From Nemertoderma westbladi (taxonomy: Eukaryota; Animalia; Xenacoelomorpha): a stretch of DNA of 52,130 nt. The DNA lies in assembly GCA_032718475.1 (NCBI GenBank), contig JAUCBJ010003209.1:1-52130 (forward strand), read 5' to 3'. The translations under genes and the position numbers were made by a program. This document shows, in pieces, positions 35,191 to 48,400 of this stretch. The notes beneath the pieces were generated by a model that searched no databases, was not told the DNA's origin, and saw only the letters and a list, made by a program, of their open reading frames with translations. Positions within the stretch are counted from its first letter, which is position 1. The number at the start of each line of letters is the position of its first letter.

Positions 35191-36782
35191 ATAACAGTTA
35201 TAATATTCTGATTGCAGTGTAGGCAATAAATATAGTTGTCTATTGTTCTGGTAAGAACAATAACAGTTATACCTTCTTTATTGCAGTAGGCAATAAAGAC
35301 GAAAAGTACCGGTCGACCGGTAATCAGTAGGCCTAAATACCTAAATACCCGAACCGGTACTTACAGCAGTACAGGTACATCAGTATTATTCGATTTTGAT
35401 AATTATATACCGGTAGGTCTTGATATTTAATCAGGGAGGGCCTGCCCTGGTTTTTTATTGGGATTTTACTTATTTCTGTCAGTTTTATTTATCTGTAAGT
35501 TAATATTGAGCAGAAGACGTGTAAGCCTGCTCAGATTGTACAGATAATTTGTAGGCTGGACTGTTGTCTGACTGTTGTTAAGTCTGAAGAGATTACAGTG
35601 TGTGTAGAGTGTATGTCCGATAAAGTACTAGTTAGGAAAGTGGGTGGCATCCAGTGCTGTAAGGTAAATCCCCCTGAAAGAATAAGTCGTACTACTCGGT
35701 TAGAACGCATACTAACTAACCATTTCGGAGTCTGCATATACTGTGGTTTATTTAGGTTTGATAGTAGTCTGCCAGCGTTTGGTCTGTATTTTGTTTGTGT
35801 AGTCTGTAAGGGTAGCGTAATATTTATTATTCAGAGTTTATGCGATTATTCGCAACAATCATACCCCATGTTTATTCCTACAGTAATTGTGCTTGTTATA
35901 TATACCGTTATAGTTAAATTAACCCCGGTACTACATCAGGGCTGTTTGGCATAGGTAAAGACTGGAGATTTTATGCTTTGGTCACTCCGGCAGATACCGT
36001 GGTTCCTTTAGCTGTACAAGTATTTTTAACTGCTGATTATTTGTTGTATAAGTACTTGTACCTAATTTAGGGTTTAGTGTACAGTGCTTTCCGAAGGTAA
36101 TTAGTGTGTAGGCAGTATATTTGTGTTGTAAAGTGGTTAATAGGCACGTTGGCTCTGGTAGGCCGCGGTAATTAACTTCTAGGTAGGAACACTCCGTGAT
36201 ACATAACGTAGTACTTATAGCGATACGGCTATAAGTCGTCAGACGGTGGTATTTTTCCTATCTGGACAACGCAGTATATTTACTACTGCTTTGTTATTTT
36301 CAAATACCGTAGTATCCTGTCTGTTTGTAATAACCAGATATTCTAACCCTTTGTTAGGCTGGTTTGTAGACTTCTTGTAAAATTACCCTAAAAATTCGTA
36401 CGTGTAATTTTTGTGTTTATTTAGAGATTGTAATCTCACCCCGAATTGTATGTAATTTGTAGTATTAAGTAACTTAGGCAAATTAGAATTATTTGTTTTA
36501 GTGTCCAACAAGTAGCACTTCACTGAGAGCGTACAGCTTCTGTGCAGTGACTCCTTCCCAGAAATAATAACATTTATTTCAAATATTGACAAAAACCCAT
36601 TAAACGAGTATATATATATTATAAATCAACTCAAACTGATTTATAAAATAGTAGGCCTGTCATACAACAATTAGGTCTTAATATCAGTTGGACTACTGCT
36701 TAAATAACGGTAATAAGGTAAAGTAAAGTAACCAAGTAACCCCCCTAAAATTCAGAAATTCAATTATTCTAAAATAATTGAC

Positions 36783-37392
36783 ATACCGGTATTTACAATA
36801 GGCTTATTATATTTATTTCTATAAATTTGAGCTGAAATTATATACCGGTATTCTGTAATTAATTCTAGTCTGTAATTATACTTATATATATACTATAAGT
36901 GTAAGCTGTATACCGGTATTCACGATAGGCTTATTATATATTTATATATTTGCGCTGAAATCATATACCGGTATTCTGTAATTAATTCTAGTCTGTAATT
37001 ATACTTATATATACTATAAGTGTAAGCTGTATACCGGTATTCACAATAGGTTTATTATATATTTATATATTTGCGCTGAAATTATATACCGGTATTCTGT
37101 AATTAATTCTAGTCTGTAATTATACTTATATATACTATAAGTGTAAGCTGTATACCGGTATTCACGATAGGCTTATTATATATTTATATATTTGCGCTGA
37201 AATTATATACCGGTATTCTGTAATTAATTCTAGTCTGTAATTATACTTATATATACTATAAGTGTAAGCTGTATACCGGTATTCACGATAGGCTTATTAT
37301 ATATTTATATATTTGCGCTGAAATTATATACCGGTATTCTGTGACAAACCTAGTCTGTAATAATACTTATATATACTATAAGTATATACTGG
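36783..37392. repeat. ~120-bp tandem repeat (~5 copies) in the BEL 5' leader
   Basis: tataccggtattctgtaattaattctagtctgtaattatac... recurs about every 120 bp, with two taccggta palindromes per unit. Confidence 0.9.
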
Positions 37393-37531
37393 TACTCTAA
37401 TATATTGTATATATATCATATTACATAGAGTAACGATATCGGTAATTAATTACTAGGCTAACAGTGATACTGAATTACTAGACTTGCTTTAACTGTAATA
37501 TAGCAGTAGGCATTCAACTGTACAAACAAAC

Positions 37532-40500
37532 ATGTCTGACACAAAGCAAAACCTGTCAGACAGTCTCCTAGATACAACCATCTGTGACCCAGACAGGAGT
37601 GTGGAACGTGTGAGACCGAAGTTCAACTCACCTCCTACTGTAAGAAAGATCATCCCTCCAGTAGTAGTATCAGACCCTAGGCTAGTCCAACACCGTAGGT
37701 CTATCATAGGCACTCGAGCTCGGGTCAAGCGGGACCAAGAGGCAGCTGTTGAACAGCAGCAACACTCGAGCCGAGAGCTTGTTTCTCAGCGGCCCTACAG
37801 CTCCAGTAGTGCGGATACTGTAGAGCTGACACCCGAGCGCGGAGCAAAGATGGCAGATGCGGTTTATTCGGACCCCCTTCTCATCCTTCCCGCAGCCGTA
37901 CTCACTAGGGTATTGATTGCGGTGGAGGAACACCAGATTGATTGGGCGAGAAGTAAGCGATCGACCAAGGATAGTTATGCGGGATACACAAGGGAAGAAT
38001 TGAAGTCTATTGTCGAGTCGCAATAGAACTTCCCCGGACCCGGACTCCCGTTTGGCTTATCGCAAGCTGCCTGGGAAGACATACACAGGATGGGAGTGAC
38101 AAAAGAAACCAGCGATCCAGCTGTGTGGAAGAGGTCAGCAGCAGGATACGTACATGGATTCTTCAGCTCTATGGAGCGATTAGAGGAACAACTGTTTCGA
38201 CAACCCCAAGGACCTCAAGAGCAGGGAGAGCTGCTTTATCAAGTTAGAGAAATAATTCTAAGAATCAGACTAATCTTATCGGCCTTTGAGGAGGCTTCGA
38301 AAAGAAGACAAGACACGTCGTTGCAAGTTGCCGTAAAGACTTGGTTTCAGCGGGTGAGTCTCAAAGTTCAAGGAACTGCCCAGTGGAAATCTCAGCTGGC
38401 TGAGCGCTCAACCCATGGAGAATCAACAGACGCTACCTTTTCCCAAGTGGAAAGTGAAGTGACAGCAGAGAAACCGCATAAGAGGGATGCTATTGACATC
38501 TATCTGTCAGACTATCAACGATTTCTAGGTGATGAAGAGTTGAGGAGACGGTTGTCTGGACTTCGCCCTAATAGTGAAGGAGCTAAGCTTGTGTTGGACG
38601 CAATAGATGCGGAAATGTTAGCTGCGAACCAAGCTAAATTTGATGAAAGACTCCGCATCGCTAGGGTCCAAGAAGAACAAGTCAAGAAAAAACGTATAGA
38701 AGACAGACAGCAGCAGCGGCAATGGCAGAGGCAGAAGTGGAAAGAAAAGCGGCAGAGGCAGCGGCAGAGGCAAAGGCGGCAGCGGCAGAGGCAAAAGCCG
38801 CAGCTGCAATAATAGAAGCGGAAAGAAAGCGAGCAGTGGCAGAAGCAGAACGAAGAGCATCTGAAAAGACCACCCAACTAGAGTTGGAAAATATTCAAGA
38901 GAATCAAGACTGCATAAATAAACAGTTAACAGCTAGTCAAATGCAGATGATGAGTCGATCTACTCCCAAAAGACAGGGATATACATCATCTGATGAAGGC
39001 GATACCACCGATCCTGAAGGCGGAGGAAATAGATCTCGTCCAAGCAGACATAGAAGAATGTCCCACCGTCAGAAATTGCCTGATTTGCCCCCAGCTGTTA
39101 GAAGGCAACTAACTAACACAGACTTAGGTAGTACAGAACCCACAGAACCCACAGACCAAATAATTAAAATAGAAAGACTCCCTACTATAGTAGATGAGCC
39201 TGAAATAATTAGGCCTGTTCTCGAAGCCACCCCTTCGGTGATAGAGACACCTGTACTCCCAGAACCTACCTCTAAATTCCCTTTGCACAGTACTAAACTA
39301 CCTATGCCCAGTAGGACTGTTCACGAGTCCGAACCCGTCCTGGACGCCGAGCAAGATATCAATAATTTATCGCCCGTTGTCTCTCGCTCGTCCGCTACTA
39401 CGTTGGCGACTCCCGCTTCGGCGGTCGAGTGGGTAGCAGAGGGACGACGGGAGATGGGTCTCCTGCTCGGGCAGTTGAGGGAACACCACAAGTGCTCCTC
39501 TCAGCAGGTCCGGGAGATGGAAGGATCTGTTCAGCAGTTCAAGGGCACAGTAAGGGAAAGTAGGTTAGAGTTGCAAGAGGTGCAGCAGAGTATCGCATTA
39601 GAACGCGACAAATTAGTAAATACCCAAAGGGGTATACCATCAACCCCGGTAACAATGTGTCAACCTGTTAGGTCTGAAGTATTTCATGCGCAAGGTGTGG
39701 AGCCTACACGCATCTATACTGCTAGTGAAGTAGAAACTCCTATAGTAAACCCTATTAAGGGTAATTATAAACCTGTTGACAATGATATTCCATATAGACC
39801 TGATATAGACCACTACAAGCCTATGCGGGAAGAACTAGAGTAGGTTGGTACATTACTGGCCCTCATGGAAAGGTTACCAAAAGAACGGGTATACCAAGTA
39901 AGTGAATGGGAAGCGGAGAGCAGTGAGGTAGACGACCCAACTGAGGGAACACCATACTCCTCAGATAATGACGACATCCACCAACTCTTCGACGAAGAGA
40001 ATACCATCGATCTCCTTACGGAAAACGAGACTTGGCAAAACCAAGTGAACCTATGTCAACTCATTCGTCCATCAGGACAAGTCGACTATAACGACGAACT
40101 GAATGACGTAGTAGAGCGCTATAACGCAAAGACTTGGGATGAACACGCCGTACGATTCTTTACTCAAGAGGCTGTAGAGCCCAATTCCTACGATAAGGCC
40201 CTATCGGTAGAAGAAGAAAGAGCCAAGCAGATCCAAGAGACAACTACACGTTTTCTTAAAGATCAAGGTAGATATGAAATCGGTCTACCATTCCGAAAGC
40301 GAGAACCAAAATTCATAAACAACCGACCCTTGGCGGAGAAAAGAATTGCTCAACTACATCGACGCCTTACGGCAAATGCTTCAGCTAAAGAAATGTATCA
40401 GACTCAGTTGAAGAAATTTATTAACAAGGGATATGTGGAACGAGTACCGGAAGAAACACCCATAACTGAGAGAACGTACTATTTAACACATCATTACGTT

Positions 40501-43500
40501 CCCAAACCCGGTAAACCCCATGAAGTACAGGTAGTATTTGACGGCTCCGCCCTCCACATGGGCCAATCCCTTAATTCCGAGTTGTTACCAGGACCCAACT
40601 TACTCCAATCCTTGTTGGGAATACTCTTAAGATTAAGACAATATTCAATCGCTTTCGCCTCCGATATAGAAGGCATGTTCTTACAAGTCAAGGCGGTGGA
40701 TAGGGATCGAGACAGCTTACAATTTCTGTGGTGGCCGGAAGGAGACCTCAATCAGAAACCGGTGGAGTATGGGATGACCATCCAGGCTTTTGGGATCATC
40801 TCAAGCCCTTCAAACGCCTGTTCAGTGGTGCGCACCACTGCTGATGACAACCGGGACGCCTTCTCTAAAGAGGTGATCGACAACATCAAACGGGATATAT
40901 ACATGGACAACAATTTAAAGTCCCTTCCATCAGTTCAAGAAGCCATTGATGTCGCCAAAGGAACGGTAGAGTTCTTAAAAAGAGGTGGATTTCGATTAAC
41001 TAAATTCACCAGCAACTCCCGTGAGTTTCTGGAATCTATCCCGGTAGAAGATCGAGGAGCGAAAGATCTAGACCTAATCAAAGACGATCTTCCAGAAACC
41101 AAGACACTTGGTTTGAAATGGGACACAGAGAGAGATATCCTGTTTTTCCAGCTAAAACAGCGAGATAATCCAGTTCGGACTAAACGGATTTGTTTAAGTA
41201 TCCTGAGCACTTATTTCGATCCATTGGGATTTATTAGCCCAGTTATATTGATTGCTCGGAGCTTAGTACAACAAATGTGGCTTGAAAACCATTCATGGGA
41301 CGATCCACTTAAGGGAGAACTATTAAAGAAGTGGATGAAATGGGAAGATTCTCTACCAGCCATCGAGAACTTTATAATTTTCCGTTCATATTTTGGTCAT
41401 GTTCTCCCTACGTATTCCTATCAACTCCATGTGTTTGGAGACGCCAGCGATATGGGAATAGGTATAGTAGCCTACCTGAGAGTGGAAACTCCGGATGGAA
41501 TCAAAGTCGCCTTGGTTACCTCTAAGGCATTGATAAACAACAAGTTGAAAGTTCCTCGAGCGGAGTTAAAAGCGGCTCTATACGCTACAGCCATCGGCCG
41601 GAATGTAACAGAACAGATCGAATATCCACTGGAGAAAACTGTCTATTGGACCGATGCTTTACTCGTGTTGGAGTATATAACCAATGAAGTCTGTCAGTTC
41701 AGTGTCTTCGTTACCAACAGAGTAGCCATTATACTTAGTCGCACGAAGATGGATCAATGGAGACATTGCCCCGGAACGATTAATCCAGCAGACATCGCCT
41801 CCAGGGGAGCAACTCCACAAGAACTGATAGATACTCCAGACTGGTTAGGTGGACCTGACTTCCTAAGCAAAGAAGAGGATGAATGGCCTCCTCATCTTAC
41901 TACGGCGGAGATTAGACAGGCCAAGGGAGCGGAGAAAGTCAAACCTAAAACTCGGGCGAGTAAATCGAAGTTATTTAAACCCGTGGTAGATCTGTCTGTA
42001 CTACATACTTCCGGAGACGACGCTTTGGATCCAAAACCCACAGCCACAAATAAGTCTGTTGTGGAAATCAGAGAGAAGGATTGGAAATCTGGAATACCAG
42101 ACGTCTCGCAAGGACTCTCACCTCTCCTGCAGAGAGCGATATATCACTACAGTTCCTGGAATCGGCTCTGTAAGGCCGTTACATATTTAAAGCGATGTTT
42201 TCATCATCACTACTCCAGGACGAAGACCAATAGTGATACCGCTCCACTGACATCTGTGCAGGTCCATGTTGTTAAAGATCTTCCCAAATATAAGATATCC
42301 GACAGGTTTCTGAAGGAGAAGATCAGTTATCAGGAGCATGAAGAAACCAATAAGCAGATGCTGAGACTCCTGCAATGCTATGAGGATTCCGATAAGTATT
42401 TCCTGTTGTTGAGAAATCCACAGATGCACTTAAGGGATCGTTTCTCTAGCACAATGATAGATGGGTTGATACGTGTTGGAGGAAGATTAACTAATGCTCC
42501 ATTATCCTTTGACACTAAGTTTCCCATACTCATTAGAAATCTTGAAATACAAATCAAGATGATTGTAGATGTTCACAGCAAACTTTACCATGCTGGTAGA
42601 GAACGAGTTCTTAGTGAAATTCGAACTCGCTATTATTTTTATAAACCCCGTAGAGCTCTGAACCAAGTTCTTAGGAACTGCATACCCTGTAGGAAAGCAT
42701 TCAGTAGGCCTTTAACACAGCGAGAGGCAGAATTACCTAGGGAACGAGTAAGCTTCTATGAACCACCCTTTACTAATACCGGTGTAGATTTATTTGGCCC
42801 TATTGAAGTATATCGTGCTAGGACTATAGTCAAGAGATGGTGTGTCATCTTTGTTTGTATGACTTGTAGGTAGAGCTATCCATCTAGATATGGTGAACGA
42901 TTTATCTACCAACAGCTTCCTATTGAGCTTACGACGAAAGATCGCTCGCTTTGGAACTAGTAACACGATGAGATCTGATAAGGGAACGAACTTCATTGGT
43001 GCCAACAATGAAATCAAGGCTTACGTCAAAGATTGGAACCAAAGACAGGTGGACGATCAGCTAAGGGTAACAGCATCTAGCTGGACCTTCAACGCCGCCG
43101 ACGCCCCTTGGTGGGGAGGAAGTTGGGAGAGATTAATCAGGAGCGTGAAGACCGCATTTCACTTTATAGTGCCGTGCCGCGCGTATCTCACCGACGAACT
43201 TTTGCGGACATTAATGGAGGAAATCGCCGCCTATCTCAACGAGAGACCGCTTATGCCAGTCTCATCGAGTCCCGATTCCCTGGAAGCACTAACACCCGCG
43301 CACTTCCTACTGAAGAAACCTGTAGCCATGCTCCCACGATCGGAAATCACAGACGGAGACGAATACTGCCGACAAACTTGGCAACTTATGCAGTTGTTAT
43401 CCCTTCGTTTCGCTGACCATTTCGAAAAACATTATCTGCCCACGCTACAACTTCGAACTAAGTGGTTTGCGCAGCAAGAAAACGTCAGCGCTGGAGACAT

Positions 43501-43789
43501 GGCCCTTATTGTGGATTCAGATCTTCCACATAAGCGGTGGCAGACAGGTCGTATCATCGAGACTCACATCTCGGATGATGGTTTGGTGCGATCGGTAGAT
43601 CTCGTCATCATGCGACGTAACTTTAAGAAACCGGGAATTGTCTTCGAGACACAGCAGCTCAATCGCCCAGTTGGCCGTTTATGTTTACTGGAAAGAGACC
43701 GAGAACTCTCCGGAAACTATGGAAGGCAAGATACTCTTCCCACGACCACCTCCCTGATCCAACAAACATCTAGGGACTCCCCAACGTAA
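37532..43789 (+). pseudogene. BEL/Pao gag-pol polyprotein, disrupted
   Basis: Same-frame stops at 38024-38026 and 39841-39843; frameshifts near 38700 and 42870. Motifs GRYEIGLPF, VVFDGS, LLPGPNL, DIEGMFLQV, YMDN, KTLGLKWD, FDPLG, LHVFGDAS, PRAEL, WTD, NPADIASRG, H..LYH...C..C, GVDLFGP, SDKGTNF, GGSWER. Confidence 0.93.
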
Positions 43790-45429
43790 CAGCGTCTGGA
43801 GTGGGTGTGTGACTATATGATTTCATATATTCTTATTATTTTATATTTATGTATGTATTATTATGTAATTTTATTATAATCGTTTTCTTTAATTTTATTT
43901 AGTAGAATGTTATTTTAGCGATTATTTAGTAGATTAGTGCAATATATATTAGTGTTTATTACTTAATTACTTATATATTATATATTTAGAGCAACGGCGA
44001 GAAATAATTCTTTTTCTCTTTCCTTACTGTCCGTATTACATTACAAATACGTAACTACAGTAAGATGAAATATCCGTACTTATTAAAGTACAATAAAGCT
44101 CCTACTATATTCAAGTATTATTGGTAAAGTAGAGTATTAGGAATGCAAAATTCAGATCCTCATGTCTCGGCTAAACCAAGCTCTGGGTAGACCTTGGAAA
44201 CGACTTGCCTCTTCTTACTGACATTGCTTCGTGCGATATTGCTCTCATACCGTATATTAAATAATACATATAGTAGCGTGATGTCCCTTTAACAGTAGCG
44301 CATAACGCAAAATAAATCTGTTAAACCCTTTGACCATCTGTAATTCTAGTCGATTAAGATATCGCGGCACCCACCGATATACTTGAAAAACAAAATTCTA
44401 GAATCAGTGGTTAATGTCCCCAGACATGTTCTGGAATAAACCGGTGCCCATCCTAAATATTAACTATTAATATTTATAAAATCTGTCAAATTTCAGATCC
44501 TTTAAAATTCTAGTCGATTAAGATATCGTAGCACTTACCGATACTCTTAAAAGACAAATTTCCTAGAATCAAGGATCCCAGTCCCCAGACATGTTCTGGA
44601 ATAAAATTATGTCTATTATAATATTAAATAATAAAATTTACGGGAATAAATGTAAATTCATCTTTTTAATGAATTTGATAAATTGTCATTTTATACAATT
44701 TATAACATTCCCAAAATTCCATTAATTAATAGATCATGGGATCATGGGAGATTCACCCTATTAAGTGTATTAGTGTGCGAGAATCTTCAATATATAGTCA
44801 ATAGCTGATAAAATTTATAAAATCATGTATAAAGGGGATATTGACAATTAAAGAATTACTATTAAATAGCATCCCAGATCTGTATGCATGAGAATTACCC
44901 TAATTCTACTGCTAGCTTTCCATAATGTCACCATAGCAACAACCACGCTAGAATTAGAAGTGAGTTAAAAGAACAATAGAAAGCTTACCCCATTGAATAG
45001 CATAGGGAATAAATAGCACACTGCTAGTATCCAAGGATACATAATAATAACGTGGCATTCTGGAAGGCACTTGACTAACGGACAAATGGCCCGAATGTGT
45101 ACAATTTGTGACAGTTGTGTGGAATTTGTGCATTTATAGGTGAATGTTACTACTAAAGTGTGTTTACAGTAGCGAGTCGCAATTGTGAAAGTAGCACTAA
45201 CTCTGCAGCAAGAACCTGAAGTAAATCTAAGCCTTTGGGACGGACAGTGGAGTGACTTGTGCCGGTTATCGTTGTCGTTGTGTAGCTACTACGTTGGCGA
45301 AAACACAGCGACGACGGTACATCGGCGCTGAGGTTCTTGCACTGTCCGGGGGCAGAGAGGGGTAGGCAGCGACGGCCGCTAGCCTAAATATAAACTCATT
45401 ATAATATTGAAAAAACTCATATAGCAGAT

Positions 45430-48400
45430 ATGACTGAGTTGATAGAAGATGATCTTGGTATCAGGGAGCGATATACTCTACCTTTACAAGCGTTTATTGA
45501 TAGCTTGATACGCGGCGACGCTGGTCCAACTACTACGGAGGACGATGGTCGTTATATCGAACCGCCAATGTCCCAGGAGCAACTTACGCGTGAATTGGAC
45601 TATAGAAAATTCACCGCTCGCTATACGCATCGTAATGGTACGTATATGGACTTCTTAACTACTGGCCATCCTATCGATTTACACGATACGGACGATGTAG
45701 ACACCGAAAGGGAAATGGTTTTATTTAAATATCATACCCAGCGGAGTCGGAACGATAAACCGAGAATAGAACACGAGAATTCTATTTGAAACAGACTCGA
45801 AAGGGAAGACGTTGAAGAGCCGGATAAACGCAGCGACTTCAACGATTATCTGGAATTCCTGAGAGAAACATATCTCAATATTGCCAGTCAACAAAATCTA
45901 GAAACTCGATATCCTCAAGATATACATCATGACCCTATGATAGAACTCAAACGACTCTATTTCACTATGATGTATCTTACCGCCGATCGACCGCTACCTG
46001 TCGTCCCCGATAGCTTCGAACAGATGGAGGAATATTGTAAAACTGGAGAACGATCACCCGCGTTTCCCCTGCAGGACGTGCGTCTTTGGTATTACTGCGA
46101 CGAATGCCCTAGACCCAATCAGCAAACGGAAAGACATAAACATCTGCAGAGACGTTGCGCTAAACACAGTTTTACACGATATACTTATGGGAGTTTCGAG
46201 CGAAACCTGTTCGACGTATCACCTACGCTCGCTCGACTCAAACGATCCTTAAATAAACCAATGATCAGAGTTCCGGAATACTCAGTCAGACCTCCTCATT
46301 CCTCAGTGAGACCTCAAACGCTTGATCCTAATAGTATAACGGATCCCCCTGAACTGTACTCGCTATTTAAAGATCTTGTGTTACCCGAACAATTAATCGG
46401 TGGCACTCCGGTAGTGGGCTCACTAGATATTCGCCAACCCTACCTAGCCGGATTAGGACGCGGTCATCTAATATCGCCGTTTAACCCGTACAACCGTCCA
46501 GGCTTAACCCCGATACAACCCGTTACCGAAGTCGAAGAGAGCGTTGTACGAAACGCGTTAGACGCTATTCGGCAGAAAATCGGAAAGGGAACTTACGATT
46601 GTTTAGAGAAACGCAAATTGCAGCAACAAGTCCAAGCGGTGAAAGAATTAGCTTTACCCCAGTTCGATAGAGAAATCCAGAATCTCGAGGAAGACATCGA
46701 ACGTGGACGAACCTGCTCTTTACAAGAGTTCCTAGACGAGCGTTTACAACAACAAGCGGAGGAAAATCAGCTCGAGGAGAAACACATAGAAATGGATGAG
46801 AGAGAAGAAGCAGCTTTAGCCCAGCCAGAAGCTCAAATTCTTATGACGGATCTCTATTCTAAAACCATCATCCATCCTTCGATGGTTCCCCACAAACTCT
46901 TCGCCACGGCACAGCCTCAACCGGTTGATATCAACCTAAGATCTCGAGATCTTATCGCTGACGCTCCCATGTTGCAACGTCCACCAATCGAGGCCGCTCG
47001 TGTCGATGGTATACTCGTTGAAACTCCGGACAATAGAGCGGATCTTGTCCGTCGTATGGTACACGATGTTAACATACGCGCTAGACCTTTACCGGACTCG
47101 TTTTATGGGATCAAAGATCACCCTTATTACGTCAATCTAACGCAATATTACATGGTAAAACCGGAAGATCCTACACATAGTCTGAGGTTTCTACCACTAA
47201 TAAATCCTCTCGATCTTGTCGAACTCGAACAACTGCAGAGACATCTGGATCAGTTAGTTAAAGTAAACTCATTTCGAAAACCCTATAATGTTTCCAGGAT
47301 AGAGAAAGAGACAATAGCTCCGTATAATCGTGATGGAATCATCAAAACTCGATTAGTACACTGGAATCTCGACGTGTTATTCGAGGAGGAAAGAATACAA
47401 CGATATGGAGATGTAGAGACATATACTACACAATATTTAAAGTATAGAGATCTACCTAATGCTAGCGAATGCGCTACCTTGTGGCATCCAGTGGGAATGA
47501 CTCTAGAAAACGCCACTAAAGAGTGGAATGAGACTCTTAACGTTATCGAGATGTATGGAGTTGTCACTTACGATAACGAAGGTAGCGTTCCGGTTGGAGA
47601 ACTGGGAACTACGCGAATGATACATATACGAGGACTAGCTGGTTCTACCCACGTATTTACTCGAGCGTGTTCCGATGTGATTGATTATTCTTTTGAGACC
47701 CTTACCGAGATACAAAAGAAACTCCGACATGGACAATTCGAACTCGCGCAGCGTTACGTCACCGACACCGAGCGCAAACCAGCCATGGGTATCGATGGAT
47801 CGATGTTACCCCAGCCCGTGCTCGAGATGTTGTTTAACGAAAGAATCCTTAAAATCGGCTCAGCTGTTTATGGAGATCTCCAAAACGACTTTCGGAACAT
47901 GGAGAACATTCCATACCCTTTCGTCGATACTCAGCTGATTGCTCCCTGGGCAGAAGGCCGAGGTTTCTTCCGCACTATGTATGCAAATACACCCAGCGGC
48001 ATTACTAAAGTACAACGAACCTCCATCGGACATCTTGCCTTTCAAGAATACGGATGGAATTTCAAGGTTGGAAATCCTATCAACTACCAACAAGTATATG
48101 GAGATCATTATTCTCGATTATACTTTGACGGACCATTGACCGCACCTGGCGCCGTGTATAGCTTTATGAGTGTTCCACTTCGTCCCTCCTTAGCTATATA
48201 CACGATCTTTGAAAACGCCGCACTTGCCGGTTGGCTAGCCGATGTGTGCAGTCGTACCATACGCGCCCATCCCTTAATACTTGGAACCAAACTCGCCAAG
48301 CTAGATGAACACAATAAATTCATCCGCTTCGAATGTTTCAGGCGCTTTCTGACTCCGTTCCGTAACGTTGATAGTCAGTTCAAGGACCGCGCTCTGACCA

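Noticed and set aside
35978-35996. tggtcactccggcagat as the BEL tRNA PBS
   Set aside because: It is ~790 bp downstream of the LTR end, whereas a PBS must abut the LTR.
38515-38877. Cys/Arg-, Leu/Pro- and Ala-rich antisense ORFs
   Set aside because: Shadows of the gcagag/gcggca repeat encoding the EAAAEAK coiled coil.
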